Source: Bigelowiella natans CCMP2755 (lineage: Eukaryota; Protista; Cercozoa). From it: DNA of 64,000 nt. Numbering within the stretch: the first letter of the stretch is position 1; the number at the start of each line of letters is the position of its first letter. Made by a program: the position numbers and the translations under genes. The DNA lies in contig ADNK01001198.1 of assembly GCA_000320545.1 (NCBI GenBank), forward strand, positions 1-64,000, in the 5' to 3' direction. Below are positions 50,433-62,458 of this stretch, one piece after another. Under the pieces are notes generated by a model. The model ran no database searches, had not been told where the DNA came from, and was given only the letters and a program-made list of their open reading frames with translations.

Positions 50433-51779
50433 ATGCATCGATATACACCTATTTCGAAGGCTTCACCCTTTCGCAGTCCTTTCTCCCGCTTTGCTGCCAC
50501 CCTTTCCATCTTCCTCGTATCCTTCCTCCTCATCTTGGACGCCACGGTAGACATATGTGCTGATCAAGAGATTCATCGTGGATGGTGGTTGGATGGAATG
50601 ATTTACATTGGTTATATCTTTTCGATTTTAATAGTTGTTGCGCTCTACCTTTGGGATTTTCCCATATAGGTACGCAATAGGAGCTCCTTTCTTCTTGCTG
50701 CAGTTTCAAATGATTCACCCTGTAACGCCGAGACAGCTACTCAGGGGAGGTCTGCCTCTTTCAAGCTTAAATTCAGAATAGTTTTGAATGTAATAGTGTT
50801 GTACATATGATCTTTTCCTCAGGATCAGAGACGCAACCTTAGTGAACGACTTTGCTGAAAGACGAAGGAGTTCTTCTTTGCAAGTGAATAATGGGAGGCA
50901 GCTGTTACCTAAACCAGCATGCCAAATGTATGATCGCAGTCCCTCACAGCATCACCACCATCATATGGTACTATTTGGCGGTGGAACGAAGGGAACATGC
51001 TCAAATGATACTGACGCAGGTACACTGGACCAGCCTGTCATCATGTCAAGCACAAATGGATGATGACCTTTTAAAAAATCACATTAATCTGTTATCGCAT
51101 ATCAGCAGAGAGCTCCAAAACAACTCAGTCGAAAACTCGCTGGAAATGGAGATGGGGTTATTCTCTTTATCATCATCTTCTTCTTATTCTTATTTCTGTG
51201 ATGATGACAAGTCCATAGACGCAACAGCTCCAAATTGAATGATGTGTTACTACTTCTTATAATAGACTCCCCGTGGCGAAGACTACCTTGCACATCCTTC
51301 CCCCCCTCCTCCTCCTCACTACAAAATGTATCATGGCGGAGACCTTGGCCATTATCAATGGCTTCCAATGTCTCATGGCGACGGCCTTGGCAATTTTTAT
51401 CATCATCGTCAGCATCATCATCACAGCAACATCATCATTCCAGAAGAAGTTTACAAATGGTTCCCGTTTCAAGACTTAAGGCGATCATGCGGATTGGTAG
51501 AATATTAGTACTATTTTCAATTTTGATTTCTGAATACATGATTATGCGGTAAACAAGTACTGTGCTCCTGATACAAATGTAACTCATTATGATTTAAATG
51601 CTGCTGCCTGCACTCCTCTGCAGCGGGTTATATGACACCCTCAAGTGCCAGCATGGTATTTCGGGTGGTGGTTTCTATTGGATGCATCATGGGAGTCAAG
51701 GTAATTGTGGTTGTAGTGCTAGTAGAAGTAGTAGCGATCAATAATTAGTTCCTAAGTACATCATCTGACGACAAGAAAT

Positions 51780-51815
<36 letters not shown>

Positions 51816-51856
51816 ATCAGTTGGTGTCCACCGGAACCCCTTTGATTCTAAAGGAG

Positions 51857-51889
<33 letters not shown>

Positions 51890-52132
51890 ACTCGATGATG
51901 CGTACTCAATCGTGGTGGCAGAATAATGGAGAACAACTTTATTATCATATTTGTTATTTTGTTGCTGCAATGGTCCAATAAAGATGTACCTATGCTCTTC
52001 TTCTTCTTCTTCTTCTTCTTCTTCTTCTTCCGTCGTAGTGATTAAAATGGTTTTGTCTTCTTTTAATATCCAATTATCTCTTAGATTTTCGTTGTTCTTT
52101 GTACGCTTTCTTACTGCTCTAAAGCAACTCAA

Positions 52133-52167
<35 letters not shown>

Positions 52168-52550
52168 ACGATAATATTACTTATTATTATCTCAAATGAT
52201 GAATACCAGGTTATCGATGCAATGGAGTATGACGACATGGTACTACTGCTACTAGTAGTGTTGTTGTTGGTGGTGTGTTTGTCATTGGAAGGAGGGGGGG
52301 GAGGGAGGAGATTGGGAACATGAGGAGGATTCAGAGCAGCACAGTAAATGCATTGATTCTCAACATGCTGCGGCCCTTCATATTATAATTTGTTAAAACA
52401 ACTAATTGTTTTTGTTGTTGTTGTTGTTGTTGTTGTGGTTGTGATAATACAAAGGGCGCCCCTTTGTACCTGTTTTTGTTCCTTGCAATGTCTCGAATAG
52501 GAGCAGAAGTATTGAAAGAAGTTCAGGTAGTAGTAGTAGTAGTAGAAGTA

Positions 52551-52593
<43 letters not shown>

Positions 52594-53161
52594 GGTTAGG
52601 GTATGTCCATCAAAGCTGCCTGGTTTCTTGCTGTACCACCACCTTCTAATCATGAATCCTGCTATAGTGAGAATCTAAAATAAATATAACGGTGATTCTT
52701 AATTTTAGGGTTTGTTATTGAGTAGTGAGTGAAAATATGCTGTGTGTTATTAACTAGTCGTTGTCCTACGACAAAGTTCTTAAGGATGCAACCAGAAAGA
52801 TGCAGCTTGATGTACGTCATTGTAGTTGTATATTGCTACTTGTACTACTTCCGCTACTACTCCTACTACTACTACTACTACTACTACTACTATCCACATG
52901 AGGAAGAAAAAGAGGATAAATGATGATGATGATGATGATGATGATGACCGTACTTGTTGATGATCGTTGGTTCCACATGATCATACCACAGCAGCAGCAG
53001 CAATGTTTATCTGTGTGGTCCTGTCAATTATTACAATAATTATCCGTTGTTACTGCTGCCGCTACTGCTATGTCGTGGTGGTGGTGGGGGTGGTTTGCAA
53101 TTACTACTTGGACAAGTTTACAGATAGAATCACATACATCGGCGTTATAGAAAGCACACGA

Positions 53162-53194
<33 letters not shown>

Positions 53195-55150
53195 AAACTT
53201 CTCTTCTTCCTTTACCTCCTCCTCAGGTTTTCTCCCACTTACTCTCCCTCGGCATGCCCTTTCACAGAAATCGTAACGCTGGCAAAATATTAGCGGATCT
53301 TGAGAGAGGGTTGCAATAATCAATACTAACAAGCATCTGATATGAATTTATCTATCCAATGATTCTTCTATGTGTATCGTGATCATCATAATCTTGTTGT
53401 TATAGATATCGGTCTATGCAAGTGCTATTTCGGTTGGTAGTGGTGTATTTCATTCCAACATTCCTTGAATTCGCAATGGTATCCAGAGCTTTGTTCAAAA
53501 GGTAACAATATGTCAAATAATGCACCGATAAAACGAATGATGATGATATCATCGATGCTTTTAAATTGTGAAAGGGGACATCTCATGTTTTGAATGTGGT
53601 GGTACTGTTGCTGCTAACCCTCCCCCACTTCACCCCCCCTCTTTTGATGCAGGATGGGGCCTAAATTCGGTGCCATGTCCGTTGGAACCATTTTGGCATA
53701 CGTTGTAATAATTATCATAATACAAATTGTTCATTATACTATTCATCATAATACAAATTGTTCATTATACTATTAATCGGTGCGGTGATGATGATGATGA
53801 TGATGATGATGAGTATAACAATGTTGTACTAATCAAGGTTTGGATATGATTTCAACTTTTTCTTCATTCTCGAAAATACCCGTCACCTGTTATCGGTTCT
53901 TGATTTAACGAGGTGACATTTAACTTGTTGTTATTGTTGTTGTTGTTGTTGTTGTCGTACAAAGGCTTACACATGCTACGTTTCCGACTTGAGGTCACAG
54001 TATCTTGCGGGGACGATAAAGGTTTCATCGTTTGCTGTTTTCTGCGTGATCATGATAAGTGACATAAAAATAAGGATAAAATAGGGGAGGAGCTGAATAA
54101 TAGCAGGGAGAACGTAGTAATAGTAATAGTGGTAGTAGTAGTGAAATTAGTTTCTTGTGTAAATTTGCTACATAACGATAAATTATGGTAGTGATGATTG
54201 AGATGGTGAATGATGTTGATGGTGGAGCAATAATGAAGTGATATTCTACTGCTTTGACAATCATAACATTGAGTGTAGCTTCCATTGATACTTGATATTG
54301 AAACTGATTTCTCCCATGATCATCATCATTATCATCATCATTCATCACAGATTAGTCAAGAAACATCCTCAATCAAACACGACGTCCTTATAAATCATGA
54401 AACGGTTACAGGGTTCAACAACAAGGTGCTAGTACTAACATTACAACTAGTTGAAGTAGAAACATTTATTCATTGTAGATTTTACACACTACTATTACTG
54501 CTACTACTACTACTACTACTACTACTACTCCTACTCTTAGAAACATGAGATAGGTCGTTTGAATAAGAAGCTTCAGAAGAGGGAGATGGTAACACCAGTA
54601 TTACGACAAATTATATTGAACAATAATGAGAAAGCAAGGAGGAGGAGGAGGGAAGGGGGAGAGAGAGAAGGAAATGGTCTAGCAGTAACATTACATACAT
54701 ACATACATACATGACGATGATGATGACGATGACAGTAGATGATGATATATAATAATATGACAGGTAGCAACACAACAAACGTGGTCACTGTCGGCTCTCA
54801 ATCTAGGACAGGAATTGTACGTACAATGATGGACAAATGGATGATGATGATGATGATGATGATACTACTTAGCACTACCAATACTGCTGCTATTCATTTG
54901 TTTTTGAAAACAAAACCAGCCTTTCTCTCCCTATATGTACAAGATTATTTCTTCTTATGTTGGGTATTCATTACTTTGTGCAGCTACTGTCATCAATACC
55001 ATCCTCACTCATGATTCATGATTGATCATCTACTTAGAATATACACCGTGGGCACTGTAATGATGCTCCACTGGGTTTCACGTGGGATTCATGATGGAAG
55101 GCTTACGGTTGTTGTTGTTGTTGTTGTTGATACACCAAAAGAAGAACAAG

Positions 55151-55183
<33 letters not shown>

Positions 55184-56196
55184 TAAATAATCAACCAAAT
55201 AAATCTCGAGTGTAAATTATTTATCATCATTCCAATGAACATGATCATAATTCTAAAGTATCCTTCTTGTTGTTGTTGTTGTTATTCTTGATCTTGTTGT
55301 TAGAGCGGGGACTTGGTACTTGCAAATCACATGCTTGCACAGCTGAATAGACCCCTGGTAGTTATTCTAGCAAAATAAGTACAGTAAGTAGTAACAAAGT
55401 ATCAACTAGGATGGATGATAGCCCTTGCTCATACATACATACATACATACATACATACACCCCCTCAGAATTATGATTTCACGGTGTATTTCATCTATAA
55501 ATAGTAGACAGTATTCGTTTGCACGGTGTATTTCATCTATAAATAGTAGACAGTATTCGTTTGCAGAAAAATATCTTCTGGTATAATACCGACATCATCA
55601 ACATCATCATTCCCCAGGATTTCTTCGGAACACTTTACACGGAATCTAAGAAATCTATTGACGGCCTCAAGGGATTAATCTCACTCCTAGAAACAAAGTC
55701 ATTATCAGATGAGAAGGAGGAGGAGGAGGGGGAGGAGGAGGAGGAGGAGGAGGAGGAGGAGGGGGCTTTTTGAATTATAGGGATATTCCGAAATATATAC
55801 ATTTGTTCATTCGTTCGTTATTGTTGTCCGTTGTCATCATCCATTCGTCGCCTCTCTCAATGAATGATTATTATGATTAATATTAATATTAATTCATGCT
55901 GCAGAATTATCTCTCTTTATCTCAATCATTGTTTACTATTCTTCCATCATCATTATCATCATCATCATCATCATCACCACCACCATCATTCTTAGGCCAC
56001 TTGTAAAGCAAAGGCGTAACGCAACAGAACTGCCATCTCCAGTCCGAGGTTGTTGTTGTTGTTGTTGATGATGATGATGATGATGGTAATGAGGATGACA
56101 GCGATCTTCCAGTTGTGGTATTGATGATAATGTGGAAAAGTGTGAGTAGTTCTTTGGGTGCGATGGATGTATGCTGCTAGATACACCATATACCAT

Positions 56197-56228
<32 letters not shown>

Positions 56229-56373
56229 ATACACACAGGGGCGATTGAGCTGTCAGATATCTACTTCAAGTAAATATCCGTAGTAGTAGTAGTAGAAGAA
56301 GAAGAAGAAGAAGTTGTTGAAGTTGTTGTTGTTGGGACTATATTTGTTATGATTACATTGGGCAGGTAGCATT

Positions 56374-56404
<31 letters not shown>

Positions 56405-57082
56405 ATATCATCATCACTCCTCCTCCTCCTCCTGCTACTACTACTACTATTACTACTATTACTACCACTACCACTACTACTAGGTATCCTGAAAACAACC
56501 GCACCGTCCTAAACGGTTTATCACTCTCGATAAAGCCAGGAGAAAAGGTACCAAGTAACTATTCTTCTTCTTATATTGTGTATTTGTTCATTCCTCTTCT
56601 TCGTCTTTCTTCCTCAATACTCACACCTTTAGGTCGCTATCGTCGGGAAAACAGGAGCTGGAAAATCAACGATTTCAGATTTAATTCTCAGGTAAAATAG
56701 AGGAAAGTAGGTTAGCCATTTTCAGTAATTTGTTATTATTATTATTATTGTTGTTGTTGTTGTTGTTGCACGAGATTTGATTATCATTTTCGGTTTATCA
56801 TCGTCGTTGGCATCATCGTCATTGTCGCCAGGCATTATGACCCTGAAAGAGGGTCGGTAAAGATTGATGGGGTTGATGTTAAAGACGTTCAACTGAAAAG
56901 CCTAAGAGATGTAGTAGGAGTGGTTTCTCAGGATATGATGCTTTTCAATCAAGATATCAAGTACTACTAGTAGCAGTAGTGGTGGGGGTGGTGGTAGTGA
57001 TAGGAAGGGAGGCAATAGAAGAAAAACAAATTGCGACACAATATACAAAAAGATTCATATTTTTTTAAAATGCGTCCTTATT

Positions 57083-57114
<32 letters not shown>

Positions 57115-57952
57115 GATACTACCAGTAATAGTGTGTTGATGAAACTGGTAGTTGTTTAAGTTGTTGTTCCCTTCTTCTTTGTTGTTGTTGCTCTGCTCCT
57201 TTAGGTATAATATACTGTACGGCCGTCCTGATGCTACTGATAGAGAGGTACTATTATTATGCTAGAGAGAGAGATAGAGAGAGAGAGAGAGGTCTCTTTT
57301 CACCCATCTTCTCTCCTCCTCCCCCTTGTGGGCATTGTCAACTGATCATAAAGGTGGAAGATGCTGCTAATCTTGTAGGGCTTGATAAGTCGATTCAAAA
57401 GGTGGTTGATTGTTGTTCCCCAATTATAATGAATCAACACAACAACTCTGCTGCTAATTGCTGGTGCTGCTGCTGAAACCATCGATCATAATATGAGTAG
57501 TAGTAGTAGTAGTAGTAGTAGCAGATATGCCAGTGAGAGAAGGTAGAGCAGGAGAAGGAGGAAAATTATGCTAAGGAATTGATCATTACTATGATAATAC
57601 TGATGAGATAATACTTCTTTATTCATCCAGATGGCAAACGGCTACAAGTCCAGGGTTGGGGAGAGGGGTACAAAGTTATCGAAAGGAGAAGTGCAGGTAG
57701 TACTATTTGTCACTACTACTACTACCACTATACATCGAATCGATCAATCAATCAATCAATGAACAAGAAGATGCTGCTGCTGCTGCTGCTGCTCACTCGG
57801 TGTCGTTATCAGTCACTATTTACCATCAACCTGTATATTTATCGTGTTTTAACATGTTGTTGTTATCTAATAAAATATTATTGATTTATTGCAGAAAATA
57901 GTGATTGCGAGGATGCTACTGAAGAATCCGAAGATTATGATATTTGATGAGG

Positions 57953-57989
<37 letters not shown>

Positions 57990-59279
57990 TATGCTGTGTG
58001 TTTCTGCTGCTGCTAAATGGGATGAGGAGGAGGAGGAGGAGGGGTACGAGTAGAGATTAGTGCAAGAAAAGTATTGATTATTTGATTGGTAGGCGATCTC
58101 GTCTCTAGATGAGGAAACAGGAAATGACATTTTGGGTCAGTTGAAGAAACTAAGCAATGATAAGGTGATGAATGATAACACCATGATGATGATGATGATG
58201 AGGATGGATGTGTACATCCTTCATCAACCTGATCAAATCTTAACATAAACATAATTATGCAATCGTATGCATTCCTATATATAACCACCTTCTTATTTAA
58301 TCGTGGTTGCAGCGAACGAGTGTGTTTATCACGCATCGTCTGTGGAGTATCGTAGATGTTGTTGATAAAATCATTGTCTTGGAGGATGGAAAGATTGTAG
58401 AGCAGGTTACTACTATTTCATGTCATGTCCAAACTAAAATAATGAATCTAACTTCTTATCTTTAATTATTATTATTATTTCGTTAAGAGCATGATCAACG
58501 TTTGAAAACGTAATTTTTGTTGTTTTTTTCTCAGGGTACACATTCATCACTTATGAGGAATAAAGATGGAACATACTCAAATATGTGGAGACAGCAATTT
58601 GAGGTACTTTATTCGAATACGAATGTTGAAACTATCGATTCAGATTTGATTGTTGTTTGGCAGAATACTGATCAAAGTAGTGCATCATCATCGTCGTCAT
58701 CATCATCATACACCTCACGTACCAAAACACCGACTAAACATCCAACGTTCGTCCCCACTCGCTCTCCAACTCAACCTCCCACTCCTCTCCAAGAAATCCT
58801 CCTACCCCTCCTCTCACAATCCTCCCACCCCCCCTCCATCTCAACCTCCTACCCCTCCTCCAACAAATCCTCCCACCACCCCTCCATCTCAACCTCCTAC
58901 CCCTCCTCCTACAAATCCTCCCACCCCCCCTCCATCTCAACCTCCTACAAATTTTCCTACATTATCTCCAACTGATTCTCTGACTGTTGATGATAATACT
59001 CATTCCGAAAATCAACCTGCTGATGATAGTGCTGCTGCTGCTGCTATTGGTGCTATTAGATCATCTGAGTATGTCAGCATCGATGATGATGAACAAACTA
59101 CTACTCATGGAGCAAATAATAATAATAATAATAACCATGAATCGGCCGTGGCGCACGGAGCACAGCCCGTTGAAAGTTCTGTTCTGTCGCATAGTCCGAC
59201 TAAATCCAGATCAAGAAGTACCTCAAGGAATCGGAGTCAGACTCGCAAGCGAGCTGGAGCAGTCGCAGCTGCATCTTAA
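50433..59279 (+). CDS. ABCB half transporter, ATM1/ABCB7/HMT1-like, with signal-type leader and Pro/Thr-repeat tail; many small exons
   Basis: TMD exons VFSHLLSLGMPFHRNRNAGKILADLERG, FIPTFLEF, DVLINHETV, GDLVLANHMLAQLNRPL, FFGTLY. NBD: GKTGAGKS (56645), VVSQD, LSKGEVQ, IMIFDE|AISSLD, ITHRL. Confidence 0.9.
53714..53774. repeat. 31-bp tandem duplication (intronic)
   Basis: atcataatacaaattgttcattatactatt occurs twice. Confidence 0.9.
55480..55565. repeat. 42-bp perfect tandem duplication (intronic)
   Basis: cacggtgtatttcatctataaatagtagacagtattcgtttg occurs twice. Confidence 0.93.
58772..58960 (+). repeat. 24-bp coding tandem repeat (Q/N)PPTPPP(S/T), ~7-8 copies
   Basis: Units such as caacctcctacccctcctccaaca and aatcctcccaccccccctccatct. 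Confidence 0.9.
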
Positions 59280-59449
59280 TATTGTAAACTATTATTTCAG
59301 TTTAGGTGAATTCCCTCGTGATAAGTCGAGTGGTGATACAGTGTGGACTAGCCATAGAAATAAAAAAGCTACATTTCATATTTGGCAGACTATAAAAGTT
59401 AATTAAGCATTATAATCGACAGCAGAAATATTTTTATTTAGTACGGTGT

Positions 59450-60600
59450 TGTGTCTGCAAATGCTTAATTGTTGACAGGCGTAACCATGCTAGCATGCTA
59501 GCATGTACTCTGTACTGGGTGATGATGTGCAGATCGTCTTACGTGCGCTTGCTCTAGTGCTTGCTAGCTTGCGTCTAGCATTTTACCTCCTCCTAAGACA
59601 TAAGACTGATCATGGGTAGAAATAGCTTGTAATAGTGGTGCACGGCAACAGCTACCGTCGTAGTATACTAGCATAGCACCTGCTAGCCTGGGCTGTGTCA
59701 AGCATGCTAGCATGCTAGCATGCACACACATTGCACATGCGATGTGGATGAACAGTATATGTGTGCTAGGCTAGTAGGGTGCGTGCGCGCGTCCTGTCAG
59801 TGCGTCGCAACCTCGCGCGTTCTAGCGTTAATTGCGTAATCATGCGGCTAGAGCTACATGCCAGCATAGCTAGATGATGCCCCTAGACAAGACTAGTAGA
59901 GCTGATGCATGCTGCATTGTGCACCATCACAGGTGTCGCATTACGCAGATGTGGCCACGCACACATAAAAAACACATTCTAGCATTGTTGCTTTATTGCT
60001 TGGCTACGTATATATGTCTAGATATAATGATGGACATGCAATATGATGTGCACACAGCATGTGTACCACATTGCTGTGTCCATCATTGCACCTAGACACT
60101 TGCGCTGTTCTAGTGCTGCTAATAATGAGGCCATGGTGAGTGCGCCATCGTCAAACAGTCCCCATGCGCAGCACAGCTAAACTAGTACGCCACACTACTA
60201 CCGTGATTCCCATGCTAGCATGGTACTGCTACGCTAGTACGGACGTTCGCCGTCTCATATCTGTACATAGTCGTTGCCATGCCGGCTAGCCGGACAACGC
60301 AGCAATTATAGACATGTAATATCATATATATAATATATATACTATTACTGTGTCTATTATAGCAATTAATGCAATCTGATTTAAATTTGCTGTGTGCAGT
60401 TTGCTAGTTTGGCCCAACGACAGCACATGCAATAGTTAACAAGGACATACACATCATGCTGGATGATACACGTGATAAAGTCTGTCAAAGCTAAGTAGAC
60501 GCATATACATGCTACAGCAGGGTGTTCGCCATAGTAATAGTGTATGCATACATGCTGAACGCATGAGATAAAGGATGATGCCCAAATGATGAAGATAGCG
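59450..60600. other. CTAG/CATG/TGCA-rich intergenic block between convergent genes
   Basis: Runs such as catgctagcatgctagcatg; no credible ORF; lacks the microsatellites typical of introns here. Confidence 0.55.
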
Positions 60601-60644
60601 TACATATCGTTCTTTGCGACTCCTGAGCTCAACGGAATATTACG

Positions 60645-61969
60645 TCACCTTCTTGAAGGGAACCATTTCTCCACAATCAGAGGCGAAATTGTCCATTCAA
60701 TATTCGTATCTGGCCTGTTTGTTAAATTTGTTGCAGAAACCATCGTATCCTCCTTAACCTCCCTTTTATCATCATTATCTTTATTCTCAGCATTTCGCCT
60801 CCTCTCCTTTCTTTTCACACTTGCGGAATCACAACCGGGCATGGAGTGCCTTGAAGCGATAATTGTATGGCATGGAAGTTCCAGCTTTGACGCCAATGTT
60901 TCGGATGGTGATGATGTGAAACAAAGCATCTGAGACAAGTTATGGATCAAAAAAGGAAACACCCGAACTACTACTTTAATTTATGTTGCATACCAACTTC
61001 TTCGCTGCATTTAGGCTGAGTTGAGTCAATCGTTCGAGTGATGCTAAATTCAAAAGAACCATCTATTAACCGTAATTTTCCTGAAATATTGTCGAATTAT
61101 CAACCGATATCGAGGAGCTGGAAACTATCTGTATTCTGCGTCTTTCGGGCTTGATCAAAATCCCGACTGTGGATAATTACGCTGTATGCCGCATGTACAA
61201 TCTCTGGAGAACCCTTAGGTGAAACAAACATGGTCAATTCCTCTTTATTTCAGTATTTTTGGGGCACTGCCTCCTCTTTCAAATGTATGTATTACTGTGT
61301 ACAGCAAATAGTCTGCGCCGAATTTCAGTCCTGATTTCACGATCCAACCACGCGATCTATTGAAATGATGATGTCCCAAAAAGAATACAAGAAAGAATTA
61401 CATCTATTTTTCCAAACATATTTTTATAGGGTTAAAAAGGCAAAAAGTAAGACCTGAAGTGGTGGTACACTGCATAGCGTTCAGGAAAGCTTGGTTCGAG
61501 TTTGCAGAACAACTTCCATGTATCAGATGGTTTTAGTCGTTGCCTTTTCTTTATCTCCCGTAATTCCCCATTCATATCATTTCCCTTCTCGTCCAGCTCG
61601 CGGTAAATCTCGAGACAGCGAACGAAGCCACTGAGAAAGAAAGCTTCTTCCTAAAAGTTATTGAGAGGCTGAGTAGGATTATCACGATACTGCCTTCGTT
61701 CTCTATTTCGCACCAGAAGTAAGATAAGGACTTCATTTGGAGTTGAGTGCATGGGCTTGCTCTTCGACAGAGATCCCTAAGGTGTGACTTTGTTAAGTTG
61801 GTCCGTGTTACGCTATTACACTTCGGGGTTAGTGAGTCTTTCACACCTTCCCGAAGATTCCATATGCAAACAGTGAATGTAAGTCCCCCTTGTTGTGAAT
61901 CTCCACAGCACGCTTTCGGACCACTCCCTGAAAGAGATGCTTCTTCTGCTGTGCGTCGCCGCTAATCAT
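60645..61969 (-). CDS. SEN2: tRNA-splicing endonuclease catalytic subunit Sen2-like; spliced
   Basis: GIFGK|GSLSKSKP, LL|EEAFFL, YAVYHHFR|SRGWIVKSGLKFGADYLLY, GSPEIVHAAYSV, AAKKL|MLCF and C-terminal VEKWFPSRR. The catalytic Y/H/K-type motifs are present. Confidence 0.85.
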
Positions 61970-62458
61970 TGAGTTCCCTCCTCCTCCTCCTCCTCCTCCT
62001 CCTCCTTTTCCTTCCCCTCCTTTCCTTCCCTCAATAAGCCATGAATAATGGAGGAGAGAAGGAAGGAACAAATTATTTCCCGCCAGTCTGTTGTCTATTC
62101 GGATAAACCGGCTTCTCTGTTTTCGAAAAGCGACAACAGGAGAATATACATTTCGAACCTGCGACAAATGAATTTAGCGAATATTTGCAAGTGCGACAAG
62201 GAATTAGGGAGTGGCGGCAAACCAACCTGGGCAGCAGCAAGAAAGCACATCATCATTCATCAGCCATTTGCTACCAGGTTCTGTTTCTTGAGGAGGAAGG
62301 GTCATCAAGCAAACAAGGTGGTGGTTCATTGTGATGTGCATGCTATATGGGAGAAAGAAGAAGAAGCACTGGATATCATATGTTATTATTACACAAATTG
62401 AATTCTCGCAAATGAAGAATTTTGTCGACAAATAATACCACGAAGGCACCACCTCTCA

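Noticed and set aside
50355-50669. Stand-alone small two-TM protein
   Set aside because: Better explained as exon 1, an intron and a 12-codon exon of the ABC gene, with consistent phases.
52590-52602. Telomeric repeat (TTAGGG)
   Set aside because: Fewer than two full units, at the end of a (GTA)n run; chance.
29800-58400. Numerous short ORFs with poly-L/Y/H/C/V/M or IYIY/THTH tracts
   Set aside because: Translations of intronic microsatellites.
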